DNA of 64,000 bases, taken from IMG/VR virus record IMGVR_UViG_3300043388_000012, positions 1 to 64,000 of that record; one strand, given 5' to 3'. This document shows, one piece after another, positions 1 to 9,756 of the stretch. The stretch's first letter is position 1. The number at the start of each line of letters is the position of its first letter. The notes under the pieces are model-generated. The model saw only the letters and a program-made list of their open reading frames with translations. It was not told the DNA's origin and did no database searches. Position numbers and translations under genes: made by a program. The stretch comes from a virus. Lineage: Duplodnaviria; Caudoviricetes.

Positions 1-3
1 CAG

Positions 4-465
4 TTGATCGCGATTGTCGAGAAGCACACTCGCGAAGACTACGGGCAGATCGGCTACGCGAAGCTTCGCATGATCGCGGCTGTGTCAGATGGCGATACGA
101 AGGCGGAGCTGATGTCAGCTGCACGCGGCGGAGCGACGACGAAGCAGATCGCTGCACGTGTATCAGGCGCGACGGCTCCGACAGCTGCGACGAAGAAGCC
201 AGCACCTCCCGAAGAGAAGGGCGAGAAGATCACGCTCATCGGGAAGATCGGTGCTCGTAACCAGGTCGTGAAGTTCCATGATGCAGACTCGGACGGCGAG
301 CTCATCGAAGCCGCGGGCGTGTTCAAGTCGCATACGGCGAGTGCGTACGGAGAGCTCGAAGTTGCAGATGGCGTGTTCCTACGGGTCGGGTTGCGCGTCA
401 ACGACAAGAAGGAATTGGAGGGCCTGACAGTTCGCTTTGTCCGAGCAGCCGACGCGGCGGAATAG
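4..465 (+). CDS. Hypothetical protein, possibly 5'-truncated
   Basis: 153 aa ORF at the window edge, co-oriented with and abutting the polymerase gene; no motif recognised. Confidence 0.6.
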   Translation: MIAIVEKHTREDYGQIGYAKLRMIAAVSDGDTKAELMSAARGGATTKQIAARVSGATAPTAATKKPAPPEEKGEKITLIGKIGARNQVVKFHDADSDGELIEAAGVFKSHTASAYGELEVADGVFLRVGLRVNDKKELEGLTVRFVRAADAAE

Positions 466-3217
466 TGTTTGTGTGGAACTCGTATCAGGCTGGTCGGATG
501 ACAATCACGTCTACCTTGTCGAGAGGGTAGAGCAGGACGTGAAAGTGCGAAGGATGCGGGCCAAGTGGTCCGCATTTTTCGTTGGTCTCGGCGACGATGA
601 TCGACTCACGCTGCAGAGAGCCCGGGAGGTGATTGGGCTCTCAGTCAGTGGCAAGTACACAAGGGTTGACTTCGCAAACAGGTGGGCGCGTAAGGACCTT
701 GTTTGGAAGCTCAACCAAGCGGTTCAAGGCGCGCGCGCCGCAGGTGATATGGAGTCGGCGATCCTCGAAGCCGACGTGATGCCACTGCGGCGGTTCATGA
801 GCGACCATGGCACGGCGACGGTCTCAACTAGTCCTCGCTGTTTGTGGTTCGACTTGGAGACCGACAGCCGCTGCAAGTTCGTCGATGCGGTCGAGCATGG
901 CAAGGCGCGGATCCTGTGCTGGTCAGCGTCGGAGCTACACAACGGCGAAGCGCGCATCGTTGCTTCGGGAGTGCTTGCATCAGACACAGACGCTGCAGAG
1001 AGTGCGTTGATCGAAGACTTCCTGAACGTAGCGCGGCGGTATGACGTGCTGCTTGCATGGTCGGGAGACGGCTTCGACTTCAAGGTGCTCGCGAAGCGCG
1101 TTGACAGGCTCCACGTGAAGCTTGGCGGCATGGCTCCGCTGTGGAATCGATGGTGCTGGCTCGACTGTATGGAGGTCTTCAAGAAGTACCATGCACACGT
1201 GCACGAGAGCGGGGAAGAGAAGACTAGCTTCAAGCTGAACTCTATCGCACAGGCCGTGTTAGGCGAAGGTAAGAAGGAGTTCGCCGCATCGCGCACTTGG
1301 GAGGCATGGGCAGCTGGGGGCGAAGAGAGACAGAAGCTGCTCGAATACAACGAGCAGGACACGATCCTCATGCCGAAGATCGAACGGCAGACAGGTTACG
1401 TAGCGCTGCACGTTGCTGTGTGTTCTGTCACTCGCTGCTTCCCTGACAGTCGATCGCTTCATGCGTCGCAACAAGGCGACGGCTTCTTGCTCCGACTCGG
1501 AGAGATACACGGGCATCGCTGGCCGACGAAAAAAGACTACGAAGAGACAGAGAAGTATGCAGGCGCGTATGTGATGGATCCGACTCGAACGGGAATCATC
1601 GAGAACGTGCATGTTGCCGACTTCGCCTCGCTGTATCCAAGCATCATGCGCAGCTGGAATATAAGCCCGGAGACGGCTCTCTATCGGCTTCAGAGCGATC
1701 CTCCCGAAGGTAGCTGCAGATTGCCCTATACAGACATGCTGCGCTTCTCGAAGGCGGCCAGAGGCATGTTTCCGCGTGCTCTCGACTTCCTTGTAGCGGA
1801 GCGTGCGGCGTACTCACGCAAGCAGGATGCAGCCGAGCCAGGTTCGCCTGATTGGGAGCGCTACAAGCGACTGTCAGGTGCATACAAGATCGTCGCTAAC
1901 TCGTTTTACGGGATCATGGGCAGTCCATATGCGCGGTTCTTCAGCTCGACTGCTGCGGAGGCTGTAACGCAGACGGGCGCTTGGCTGATCAAGAAGGTTG
2001 CGAGCACGAGCAAGGAAGCAGGCCTAGACGCCTTCTACGGCGACACAGACTCCTGCTTTGTGTCAGGTGACTACAACCGGTTCGCAGGCGTAGTCCGCTC
2101 GCTCAATGAATCGTGGAAGCCGATGATGCTCGACGGTCTCGACTGTCAAGAGTGTCACATCAAGTTGGAGTTTGAGAAGTCCTTCAAGCGGATCGTGCTC
2201 GTGTCTGCGAAGCGGTATATCGGGCGCTTCACGATCTACAAGGGCAAGGAAGTCGGCGGCAAAAAGATCGAGGTCAAAGGGCTCGAATACAAGCGCGGCG
2301 ATACGATGCGCTTCGCTCGCTCGATGCAGAAGGAGTTGATAGACCTGCTTCTGGCCGATGAAGTGCCGACTATCGGAGTTGTGCGGCAGTTCGTTGCCGG
2401 ATGGAAAGATCGTGTGCTGAACGGCGAGCTCTCGATCGATGACATCGTATTGAGTCAGAGCGTTCAGGACCTAGACGACTACGCGGAGCGATACACAACT
2501 GCGGTCTGCACTGGCGGCAAGCCAAAGGCCAAGTGCAAGTATGAGTTTCGCTCAACGTCTATCGAGCCGGGGGCTCCGACCAAATGCCCGAAGTGCGGGC
2601 AGGCTCGAAAGGTCGCGTCTCCGCCTGTGCACGTGCGTGTAGCGAAGGTATTGGCAGAGCGCGGCGAAGAGATCCGTTCCGGCACTCGCATCGAGTATCT
2701 GATAGTCAGCGAAGAAGGTGACACTATCGATGCTGTGCCTGCACGCGACGAAGGCGCGATGCAGCAAATCAATCGACAGTACTACTGGAACAAGCGGATC
2801 TATCCAGCGACCGCACGCGTACTCGAGAGCGCGTTTCCAGATGAAGGGTGGGTCGAGACCACTCAAGAGAAGAAGATACGCAAGAAGCGAGAGCTGATTG
2901 AGAAGCACAAAGGCACGGTTGGGCTTCCGCTCTTCGCGGCTCGTGCTGACGATCCTGATGCGCATCTCGTGATTACGCTCGATCGTCAGCTCGATGCGAG
3001 CGTCGACATGCAGAAACTGAAGCGTGTGTTGCAGTCGTGCCGCGGCGAGCGGCCAGTGCGGTTGAAGTTCGTCGGAGTTGGGTCGCTCGGAGTTGGGTCG
3101 CTCGCAGAGTTGAAGCTGAGCCGCTATCCGGTCGCAGTGACCGAACAGACGCTAAAACAGATAGAAAGCGTTTGCGGCGCTGGTTGCGTGTCCTTCGAGG
3201 CTTCGACTCGCAACTAA
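437..3217 (+). CDS. polB: Family B DNA polymerase with 3'-5' exonuclease (start possibly GTG 473)
   Basis: ExoI FDLETD, ExoII AWSGDGFD, ExoIII YNEQD; Pol motif A DFASLYPSIM, motif B KIVANSFYG, motif C YGDTDS, then KRY and KGLE. Confidence 0.97.
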   Translation: MSEQPTRRNSVCVELVSGWSDDNHVYLVERVEQDVKVRRMRAKWSAFFVGLGDDDRLTLQRAREVIGLSVSGKYTRVDFANRWARKDLVWKLNQAVQGARAAGDMESAILEADVMPLRRFMSDHGTATVSTSPRCLWFDLETDSRCKFVDAVEHGKARILCWSASELHNGEARIVASGVLASDTDAAESALIEDFLNVARRYDVLLAWSGDGFDFKVLAKRVDRLHVKLGGMAPLWNRWCWLDCMEVFKKYHAHVHESGEEKTSFKLNSIAQAVLGEGKKEFAASRTWEAWAAGGEERQKLLEYNEQDTILMPKIERQTGYVALHVAVCSVTRCFPDSRSLHASQQGDGFLLRLGEIHGHRWPTKKDYEETEKYAGAYVMDPTRTGIIENVHVADFASLYPSIMRSWNISPETALYRLQSDPPEGSCRLPYTDMLRFSKAARGMFPRALDFLVAERAAYSRKQDAAEPGSPDWERYKRLSGAYKIVANSFYGIMGSPYARFFSSTAAEAVTQTGAWLIKKVASTSKEAGLDAFYGDTDSCFVSGDYNRFAGVVRSLNESWKPMMLDGLDCQECHIKLEFEKSFKRIVLVSAKRYIGRFTIYKGKEVGGKKIEVKGLEYKRGDTMRFARSMQKELIDLLLADEVPTIGVVRQFVAGWKDRVLNGELSIDDIVLSQSVQDLDDYAERYTTAVCTGGKPKAKCKYEFRSTSIEPGAPTKCPKCGQARKVASPPVHVRVAKVLAERGEEIRSGTRIEYLIVSEEGDTIDAVPARDEGAMQQINRQYYWNKRIYPATARVLESAFPDEGWVETTQEKKIRKKRELIEKHKGTVGLPLFAARADDPDAHLVITLDRQLDASVDMQKLKRVLQSCRGERPVRLKFVGVGSLGVGSLAELKLSRYPVAVTEQTLKQIESVCGAGCVSFEASTRN

Positions 3218-3223
3218 GTTCGC

Positions 3224-3889
3224 ATGATGCGACGACGACGTGTTTCGGGCGGAGCCGCCGAGGCTTCTGCTCCGAGTAACCTCGAGGATACACCTTCGCC
3301 AGTAGCTGCAGACGAAGGCGCGGAGCGTTGGGCAGGCGATCCCGAAGAGCCTCCAACACCCGTAGCTGCAGTAAGCGAGCCGGTCGAGCCAGCTCGTAAG
3401 GATCGATTCTCCATGCCGTGGGGATTGGTCATCACCGATGTGTTGAGCATGGACGTGCATAAGACGTTCAAGCGGTTGACTGACGATCTCTCGTTAGGCG
3501 ATGGCGCTACCGAGTACGGATCGGTGCTGCATGCGCTCGATAGGAGCTCGCGAAGTCTGTACGAGGCGACTTGTTTGGCTCGTAAGGCACAGATCGAAGA
3601 CGAGCGGTTTTCAGCGGATCTAGGAGTCAGGCTCGAAGTGCTGCGATCGGCGGCGATTGCATCGCTCGAAGCAGATAAGGCGGCGGGGAGAAAATCGAAG
3701 TCACCAACGCTCGAAGACATCAAGGACAGGATGCTCGCGAGCTGGCCGGACGAAGTTAGGTCTATCAACGCGCGCAAGGCAGAGATGCACGGAGCCTTCC
3801 GCGCGATCGAAGCGTTAGTTGTAGCTTGGAACAAGCGTTGTGATGCGTTGCGCGTGATGGCTCAAGGGCATCGGAACACCGGAGCCTAA
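3224..3889 (+). CDS. Coiled-coil protein, putative UvsY-like recombination mediator
   Basis: Helical C-terminus TLEDIKDRMLASWPDE...AIEALVVAWNKRCDAL resembles the UvsY pattern; lies between polB and the SSB-like/recA genes. Confidence 0.45.
   Translation: MMRRRRVSGGAAEASAPSNLEDTPSPVAADEGAERWAGDPEEPPTPVAAVSEPVEPARKDRFSMPWGLVITDVLSMDVHKTFKRLTDDLSLGDGATEYGSVLHALDRSSRSLYEATCLARKAQIEDERFSADLGVRLEVLRSAAIASLEADKAAGRKSKSPTLEDIKDRMLASWPDEVRSINARKAEMHGAFRAIEALVVAWNKRCDALRVMAQGHRNTGA
3275..3292. promoter_or_regulatory. Motif A site
   Basis: AGTAACCTCGAGGATACA (17/18 match), within ORF 3224. Confidence 0.8.
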
Positions 3890-3910
3890 CGGGCTTCTCA
3901 AGGAGGATGG

Positions 3911-5389
3911 ATGACATCTGCAGGCGGCCTAGGAATAGCGAGCTTCATCAAGCATACAAGCGAAGGCGGAGGCGGGAAGGATTGGCTCAAGGCATGGCAC
4001 AAGGGAGGTAAGGGAGAGGTCACGATCTGGCTGCATACTCGGGCGCCGATCGTTCCAACACTCACTCATTCGTTCATGCTCGAAGACGAGTTCGAGGATA
4101 AAGAGACTGGGCGAATGAAGCCGGTCCTGCGTTATCCGCGGTTTGTTAGTCCGGATGGCGAGAGCGTTGCTCGCAACCAGTACTTCAGAAACGACGACGC
4201 GCACAAGTCGCTGCAGGTTCCTCCCGATCGCGATCCGTTCTTGTTGCTGCGAGAGTGGCTGCGGCTCGCTGATCATCTCCCGCTCGATGCGCCGATTTTC
4301 AAATGGAATGATGAGAAGAACAGGAAGGTCATCGTTTGGGAGCGAGCCGAGATCTCGTTGCTTGTGAAGCGTGGCAAGCAGAACTTCAACCACTCGCTCG
4401 ATGTGAAAGTCGAATACGTGTACGTCGCAGTCGATAACGACAGCGTCAGTTCAGGGCCCGTGCTGATGCGCGAGGGCAAGTTGCTCAGTCAGAAGATCGT
4501 CGAAGTCATCAAGCAGCAGCAGAAGATGCACGGCGAAGAAGAAGGCGATCCGATGCAGCACCCCTATGCATTTCTGCTAACGGCAGAAGATGCATCGAGC
4601 CCGATGAATGTTTACAAGGCGTTCAAAAACGAGAAGGCGGTCTTCACAGATGAAGTGTGGGCTGCGATCTCGGGCGATGACTTCCCTGACCCGCTACCGT
4701 ATGGGCAACCGTCAGAGGGTGATTCGGAGAAGATCCGCGACGCGTTCGAGAAGGCAGCACAGGTCGACCTCCCGCTCGATCAAATCTTCTCGGAAGACCC
4801 GGAGGTTCGTCGTCAGCTACTCAAGCCAACGGGAATGAATAGGCCTCCTGCAAGGGCTTCCAAGGCGGCGCAAACGCGAGCCGCGCAGAACCCCCCGCCT
4901 CCAACTCGCGACGCCAAGCCGCAGCCAGCTACAGCTGCGGCGAAGCCGAATGGAGCGGGAGCAAGTGCGGCGACGACTGCTAGTAAGCCAGCGCCAACGG
5001 CTACCGGGAGCCCGCAACTGCGGCGGAAGAAAGTAGAGCCAGCTCCAGAGCCAGAGCCCGAAGTTGAGAAGGTACCGTGCGAAGACTGTGGCCATCAGAT
5101 GCTCGTCACAGACACGAAGTGTGCTGGTTGCGGCGCGGAGTATGAGCCGATCGTCGATGACACTCCGCCTCCGCAGCCTGAGCCAGCGAAGCCTGCAGGT
5201 GCAAAGCCGGGCACGAAGCCGAAGCCATCTAGCACCGTAGCATCTGCTGCGAAACCAGCTGCAGCTGCTACGGCTGCGAGCGCTCCGACGTCGGCTGATC
5301 TGAATTGCTGGTCGTGCGGCGTTGAGCTCAACGGGGCAACTCAATGCCCGTCGTGCCACGTTGATCAAGGCGACGATCTCCCGTTCTGA
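3911..5389 (+). CDS. Putative single-stranded DNA-binding protein with Pro/Ala linkers and zinc ribbons
   Basis: Ends in GDDLPF (SSB-type acidic tail); CEDC..CAGC and CWSC..CPSC pairs; directly upstream of recA. Confidence 0.55.
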   Translation: MTSAGGLGIASFIKHTSEGGGGKDWLKAWHKGGKGEVTIWLHTRAPIVPTLTHSFMLEDEFEDKETGRMKPVLRYPRFVSPDGESVARNQYFRNDDAHKSLQVPPDRDPFLLLREWLRLADHLPLDAPIFKWNDEKNRKVIVWERAEISLLVKRGKQNFNHSLDVKVEYVYVAVDNDSVSSGPVLMREGKLLSQKIVEVIKQQQKMHGEEEGDPMQHPYAFLLTAEDASSPMNVYKAFKNEKAVFTDEVWAAISGDDFPDPLPYGQPSEGDSEKIRDAFEKAAQVDLPLDQIFSEDPEVRRQLLKPTGMNRPPARASKAAQTRAAQNPPPPTRDAKPQPATAAAKPNGAGASAATTASKPAPTATGSPQLRRKKVEPAPEPEPEVEKVPCEDCGHQMLVTDTKCAGCGAEYEPIVDDTPPPQPEPAKPAGAKPGTKPKPSSTVASAAKPAAAATAASAPTSADLNCWSCGVELNGATQCPSCHVDQGDDLPF

Positions 5390-5403
5390 GAAGGCTTTGA
5401 ACC

Positions 5404-6570
5404 ATGGCTAAGCTACGCACGAAGAAGCCAGCAGCTGACCCCGATCCGATTGAGTCGGACTCGGCTCCGCCCCCTAAGCGCGCGGTCATACCGTTACCGA
5501 AGGGATGGGCGCGAGCAGAGGAAGCGCTTGATCGCATTGAGTCAGTGTCTACGATCTTCCCTGACTTCAATCGTGCGACTCGAGTTGGCGGTCTGCCTGT
5601 GAATCGTATGCACACGGTTCACGGGCAGACACACGGGGGAAAGACTGCGTTCGTGATCGGTCTGATGAAGTCGTTTCTCGATGGCGATCATGTCGCTGGC
5701 TACATCGATGCAGAGCACTCCACTCCGCAGGAGTTCGCCGAAGAGTTGTTAGGCGAGTTGAAGTTGCGCGACCGGTTCTTCGGCAAACGACCAGACACGT
5801 ATGAAGACACGGTCGATGCCGTCAACGACTTCTTGAAGATGATGGCGGAGGTGCGGAAGGGGAGCCCGCAAACGAAGTCGATCGTCGTAGTCGACTCGAT
5901 CAACAAGCTCACTCCATCTCGTGAGCTGGCGAACGTGATGCGCGAAGGCGGCAAGGAAGTTAGCAAAGGCCATGCAGGCCGGTATCGCGCGGCCGTGAAC
6001 AAGTCATGGCTCGACCATCTCTCGCCGCGACTCAAGGCTGCAGGTTGCGCCATGGTGTTCATCGCACAGGAGCGTGAAGGGCAGGAGGATCAACCATGGG
6101 CGGCCGATGGCGGAGTCGAGATCAAGGGCGGTCAGTCGCTCTCGTTTGATTCATCGTTGCTGATACGCGTCTCGAAGGCTCATCCGATGCGAGACCCATC
6201 GACAGCTTCGAAGGAGTGGCCAAAGGGGCAAGTCATCGGGTTCGAGCATCGTGTCAGGATCTATAAGTCGAAAGTGTCACACATGGACGGCGACAGGTCT
6301 GACTGTCTGTTCCATTTCTCGAACGGGAAGCAGACACCAGCTGGGTTCGACATACAGCGCGATGCGCTGCACGTCGGGAAGATGCTCGGGCTAGTCGCTG
6401 TCAGCGGCGCTTGGCTCAGTTACCGCAAGCATCGTTGGCAAGGCGAGATGAAGGCGGCGCAGTGGCTCTCTGACCATCAGGAAGTGACGATCGACATGCT
6501 TGCGCAGATCGAGTCGAAGCTCGCCGCGGAGCGCGCGGAGCATGCTGCATCACGAAAGAGGGCTCTGTGA
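5404..6570 (+). CDS. recA: RecA/UvsX-like recombinase
   Basis: Walker A GQTHGGKT, YIDAEH, Walker B IVVVDSI, FIAQER, GGQSLSFDSSLLIRV. Confidence 0.93.
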   Translation: MAKLRTKKPAADPDPIESDSAPPPKRAVIPLPKGWARAEEALDRIESVSTIFPDFNRATRVGGLPVNRMHTVHGQTHGGKTAFVIGLMKSFLDGDHVAGYIDAEHSTPQEFAEELLGELKLRDRFFGKRPDTYEDTVDAVNDFLKMMAEVRKGSPQTKSIVVVDSINKLTPSRELANVMREGGKEVSKGHAGRYRAAVNKSWLDHLSPRLKAAGCAMVFIAQEREGQEDQPWAADGGVEIKGGQSLSFDSSLLIRVSKAHPMRDPSTASKEWPKGQVIGFEHRVRIYKSKVSHMDGDRSDCLFHFSNGKQTPAGFDIQRDALHVGKMLGLVAVSGAWLSYRKHRWQGEMKAAQWLSDHQEVTIDMLAQIESKLAAERAEHAASRKRAL

Positions 6571-7373
6571 AGCTGCTCGTTTTCAGTGACATTCACTTAG
6601 ACGCTGTGACGGCCGGCAAGCCCCGTAGAGCCGAAGTGGTCGAGTTCCTGCGACTCGTACGAGACATAGCGATTGCAGAGGAGGTCGAGCTAGTCATCTT
6701 CAGCGGCGATGCTCACGACTCCGGCTGGCTGCTCGATCCGCTGTATTCGGCGGAGCTGATCGAAGCGTTGTTCTTGTTTCACACACCGGTCATCGCGATC
6801 CCGGGCAACCATGATGTGGTCGACACCTCGGAGCTGTTTCACGATGCGCCAATCAGCACGCTGACGCCTGTGCGCGCCGCATACAGGTTCCTCAAGGCGC
6901 ACAGGCATCCTGTGCATGTGATGGAGCGGCCGGAGCTTGTGAGAGTCGGCAGAAGCACTACCAAGGATTGGGCGGTGCTCGCCCTGCCCTACGTGTCACG
7001 TGCACATCGGGCAATGAACGATCGATGGCTCGATGAAGCGTTCGAGTCGGCACAGAAACACGTCGACGAAGGGTATGGGTTGATCGTGGTCGGGCACTTG
7101 GTTGTGCCAGGTGCTGCGATGGGCAGCGAATCGCACGAGATGGCGAAGGGGCAAGATCAACTCTTCCCGGTCGAGCGCGTAGCGGCTCTCAAGCCGAAGG
7201 TGGTGATCAATGGGCACTACCACGCGCGGCAGGTCGTGACAGTGATCGTATCGGGCGACTCGCCAGTGACTCCCGGGCTCGAGATCGTGATTCCAGGCTC
7301 TCCGCTACGCTTCACGTTCGGTGAGGCGGATGAGATCGCGAAGGGCGTAACCATCATGGAGCTCTCGAAATGA
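6567..7373 (+). CDS. sbcD: Mre11/SbcD-like metallophosphoesterase nuclease
   Basis: SDIH, SGDAHD, PGNHD, GHL, GHYH and PGSPLRFTFGE motifs. Confidence 0.92.
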   Translation: MKLLVFSDIHLDAVTAGKPRRAEVVEFLRLVRDIAIAEEVELVIFSGDAHDSGWLLDPLYSAELIEALFLFHTPVIAIPGNHDVVDTSELFHDAPISTLTPVRAAYRFLKAHRHPVHVMERPELVRVGRSTTKDWAVLALPYVSRAHRAMNDRWLDEAFESAQKHVDEGYGLIVVGHLVVPGAAMGSESHEMAKGQDQLFPVERVAALKPKVVINGHYHARQVVTVIVSGDSPVTPGLEIVIPGSPLRFTFGEADEIAKGVTIMELSK

Positions 7374-7810
7374 AACATCGCCAGAAGCAGCAGAAGCTAG
7401 CGAGCTCCGGCAAGTTCGTCGACGTAGTCTCCGGCACTCGCGTCGAGTTCGTCGACGTTGCACAGGCAGGCATGCGCGTGTTCTCCAAGGGCATCGATGA
7501 CGAAGGCATCGGCAAGGCGGTGTCGGGTTGCTACGTCAAGTACGCCCCGATCGTGAAGTCGTCGGAGCGTGCATCGCTAGACACGAAGCTCGTTCGCGAG
7601 CGCTTACTAGCAGCAGGGGCAACAGCGGTTGTTGTTGTGCCGGTTGTAGTACCTGACTCAACCGCCGATATGAAGCGGCGTGGTCCGCGAATGGTGAGCG
7701 CAGAGGTTCACCTGAGAGAGTGGTTCGAAGGCGTGAAGGCGGTCTCTCCCAAGCTACTCGAAGCCGCGATCGCAGAGGCAGTCACAACTATCGGTGAGGC
7801 TGGCCTGTGA
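7370..7810 (+). CDS. Hypothetical protein, possibly the detached C-terminal part of Mre11/SbcD
   Basis: Overlaps sbcD and sbcC by 4 nt on each side; the upstream sbcD is short (268 aa). Confidence 0.5.
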   Translation: MKHRQKQQKLASSGKFVDVVSGTRVEFVDVAQAGMRVFSKGIDDEGIGKAVSGCYVKYAPIVKSSERASLDTKLVRERLLAAGATAVVVVPVVVPDSTADMKRRGPRMVSAEVHLREWFEGVKAVSPKLLEAAIAEAVTTIGEAGL

Positions 7811-9756
7811 AAATCGACACACTCACGCTGTCTGGTTGGATGCCGTTCGCAGGAGAGTTCTTTCTCGTGCTACCGGATGGTCCGATCGCTGTGGTCGGCT
7901 CGCATAGCGGTGACACACGGAGGAGCAATCGTGCAGGGAAGACGTCTCTGCTCGAAGCGATTACCTGGTGTCTATTCGGTACGCATCGCAAACGTTTGGA
8001 TGACGATGTGATCAACCGGAGCGTGCAGGAGTGTTCTGTCACGGTAGTGATGGGAGACGTGCGAGTGGAGCGTTCGCGTAAGCGAGGCAGCAGCACGAAG
8101 CTCGTTGTCGGTATGTACGATCTGATCAAAGGAGTGATGGTCGAGTACACAGGCGAGGCAGCACAGAAGCAACTCGAGATCGACCTAGGGATCGGCGTAG
8201 ACGACTATCTCGCTACTCGTTGCTTTCGTCAGGGAGAGGTCGAATCGATCGTGTCGAAGTCGGCAGGCGAGCGGCTCACGCTCGTGAGTGAGTGGCTGCA
8301 ACAAGGCAAGTGGTTCGACGCGAAGAAGCTGCAGGCGCTCAAAACAAACGCAGCTGAAACGAGGCTCGCTGAGAGGCGCGCATCCGTGCAGACGGCGGCG
8401 ACTTTCGTGCTACCCGATGCACAGCGGCACGAGATGGGCGAGCGCTTGAACGCGCTCAAGCTGCAGATGGGCGGGCTCGATATCGAGCTCAAGGCGGTCT
8501 CGAATCAGCTAGCGGAAGCGGCAGGTGCGAAGGTTCAGCTGAACTCGCATCGAGACATCAGGGGGCTTCGGCATCAAGCGGCAGACCTCCGCAAGCGGCT
8601 CTCCAATCGCGGCGAAGTAGACACTCGCAGAGACGAAACGGCGGAGCAGGAAGCTCTCGCTCGCACGTCCATGTCCAACGCGTTTGCGGCGATCAAGGAG
8701 CTGGAGTCGGTTCGTAAGATTGGGTTCGATGGAGTCTGCCCGATCACATGCGAGGAGTGTCCCGCGGCTCAACATGTGACCGATGTTGTGCAAACGGCTT
8801 CAGCGTTGTTCGTTGAGCGGTCACGCTCACACGAAGAGCAACGCAGAGTGTGGGAGCAACTTCGCTCCGAGCACGATGTAGCCAAGCGAGAGTCGACGGA
8901 GCTCGATAGGCTCGCAGTGCAGTATCAAACCGTGGTCGAGCGCGGGAAGAAACTCGCGTCTGAGATCACGATGACAGAGGCGGAAGCCGAAGCCGCATCT
9001 GCGAGTGAAGCACTGAAGGCGGAGATGGATGCCTTACGCCAAAGCTTCGGGGAGATGCTGCAGGAAGCGTCGAAGATCGAAAGCGCGTTGCTCAACGCTA
9101 CGCGTGATGTCGAGCGTTATGCAGTACTGTGCATGGAGGTCGAGCAGGCGGAGAAAGCGGCGATCTCAAGTCGGCTAGCACTGCGCGCGATCTCGAGCGT
9201 GCCAGCGCGCATCGCGGCTCAACAGCTAGGCGAGCTGGAGCAGGAAGCGAACTCCTTGCTCGAAGGCACGGGCGTGAGTCTGCGCTTCTCATGGGCACGA
9301 GAGCTCGCTGACAAGGCTCCAATCTGCGAAGAGTGCGGGTTCGTCTATCCATCCAAGCGCGGCGATACATGCCCGACGTGCAAGGCGGCGCGCGGGAAGA
9401 AGCTAGCTCAAGAGTTGGAGCTGCTTTGCGACGATGGTTCAGGCGCAGAGGAAGATGTTCGGTTCAACAGCGGCGGCACACGGGCGATCGTTGGCTCGTC
9501 TATCCGGCTCGCAGCGTCAGCGATGCTCAGTCGGTTGCGTTCGTCGACAGTGGCATGGGCGATCGTCGATGAACCGTTCGGCTCGCTCGATGCAGAGAAC
9601 CGGGAGCAGTTGGCACGCACGTTCGCGGGCATGCTGAACAGTGTGGGTCTCGAGCAGGCGTTAGTTGTGTCACATGATCCGGCACTGCTCGCCGCTCTGC
9701 CAAGCAGGATCGTGGTCGACAAGGATGGCAGCAACTCAACCGTGAGGGTCGAATGA
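7807..9756 (+). CDS. sbcC: Rad50/SbcC-like SMC ATPase
   Basis: Walker A NRAGKTSLLEAI, coiled coil, central CPITC hook-like motif, signature NSGG, Walker B/D-loop IVDEPFGSLD, H-loop VSHD. Confidence 0.93.
   Translation: MKIDTLTLSGWMPFAGEFFLVLPDGPIAVVGSHSGDTRRSNRAGKTSLLEAITWCLFGTHRKRLDDDVINRSVQECSVTVVMGDVRVERSRKRGSSTKLVVGMYDLIKGVMVEYTGEAAQKQLEIDLGIGVDDYLATRCFRQGEVESIVSKSAGERLTLVSEWLQQGKWFDAKKLQALKTNAAETRLAERRASVQTAATFVLPDAQRHEMGERLNALKLQMGGLDIELKAVSNQLAEAAGAKVQLNSHRDIRGLRHQAADLRKRLSNRGEVDTRRDETAEQEALARTSMSNAFAAIKELESVRKIGFDGVCPITCEECPAAQHVTDVVQTASALFVERSRSHEEQRRVWEQLRSEHDVAKRESTELDRLAVQYQTVVERGKKLASEITMTEAEAEAASASEALKAEMDALRQSFGEMLQEASKIESALLNATRDVERYAVLCMEVEQAEKAAISSRLALRAISSVPARIAAQQLGELEQEANSLLEGTGVSLRFSWARELADKAPICEECGFVYPSKRGDTCPTCKAARGKKLAQELELLCDDGSGAEEDVRFNSGGTRAIVGSSIRLAASAMLSRLRSSTVAWAIVDEPFGSLDAENREQLARTFAGMLNSVGLEQALVVSHDPALLAALPSRIVVDKDGSNSTVRVE

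Noticed and set aside
3073-3102. 15-bp tandem duplication (GVGSL x2) in polB
   Set aside because: An in-frame two-copy slippage event in a probable loop; no evidence of function
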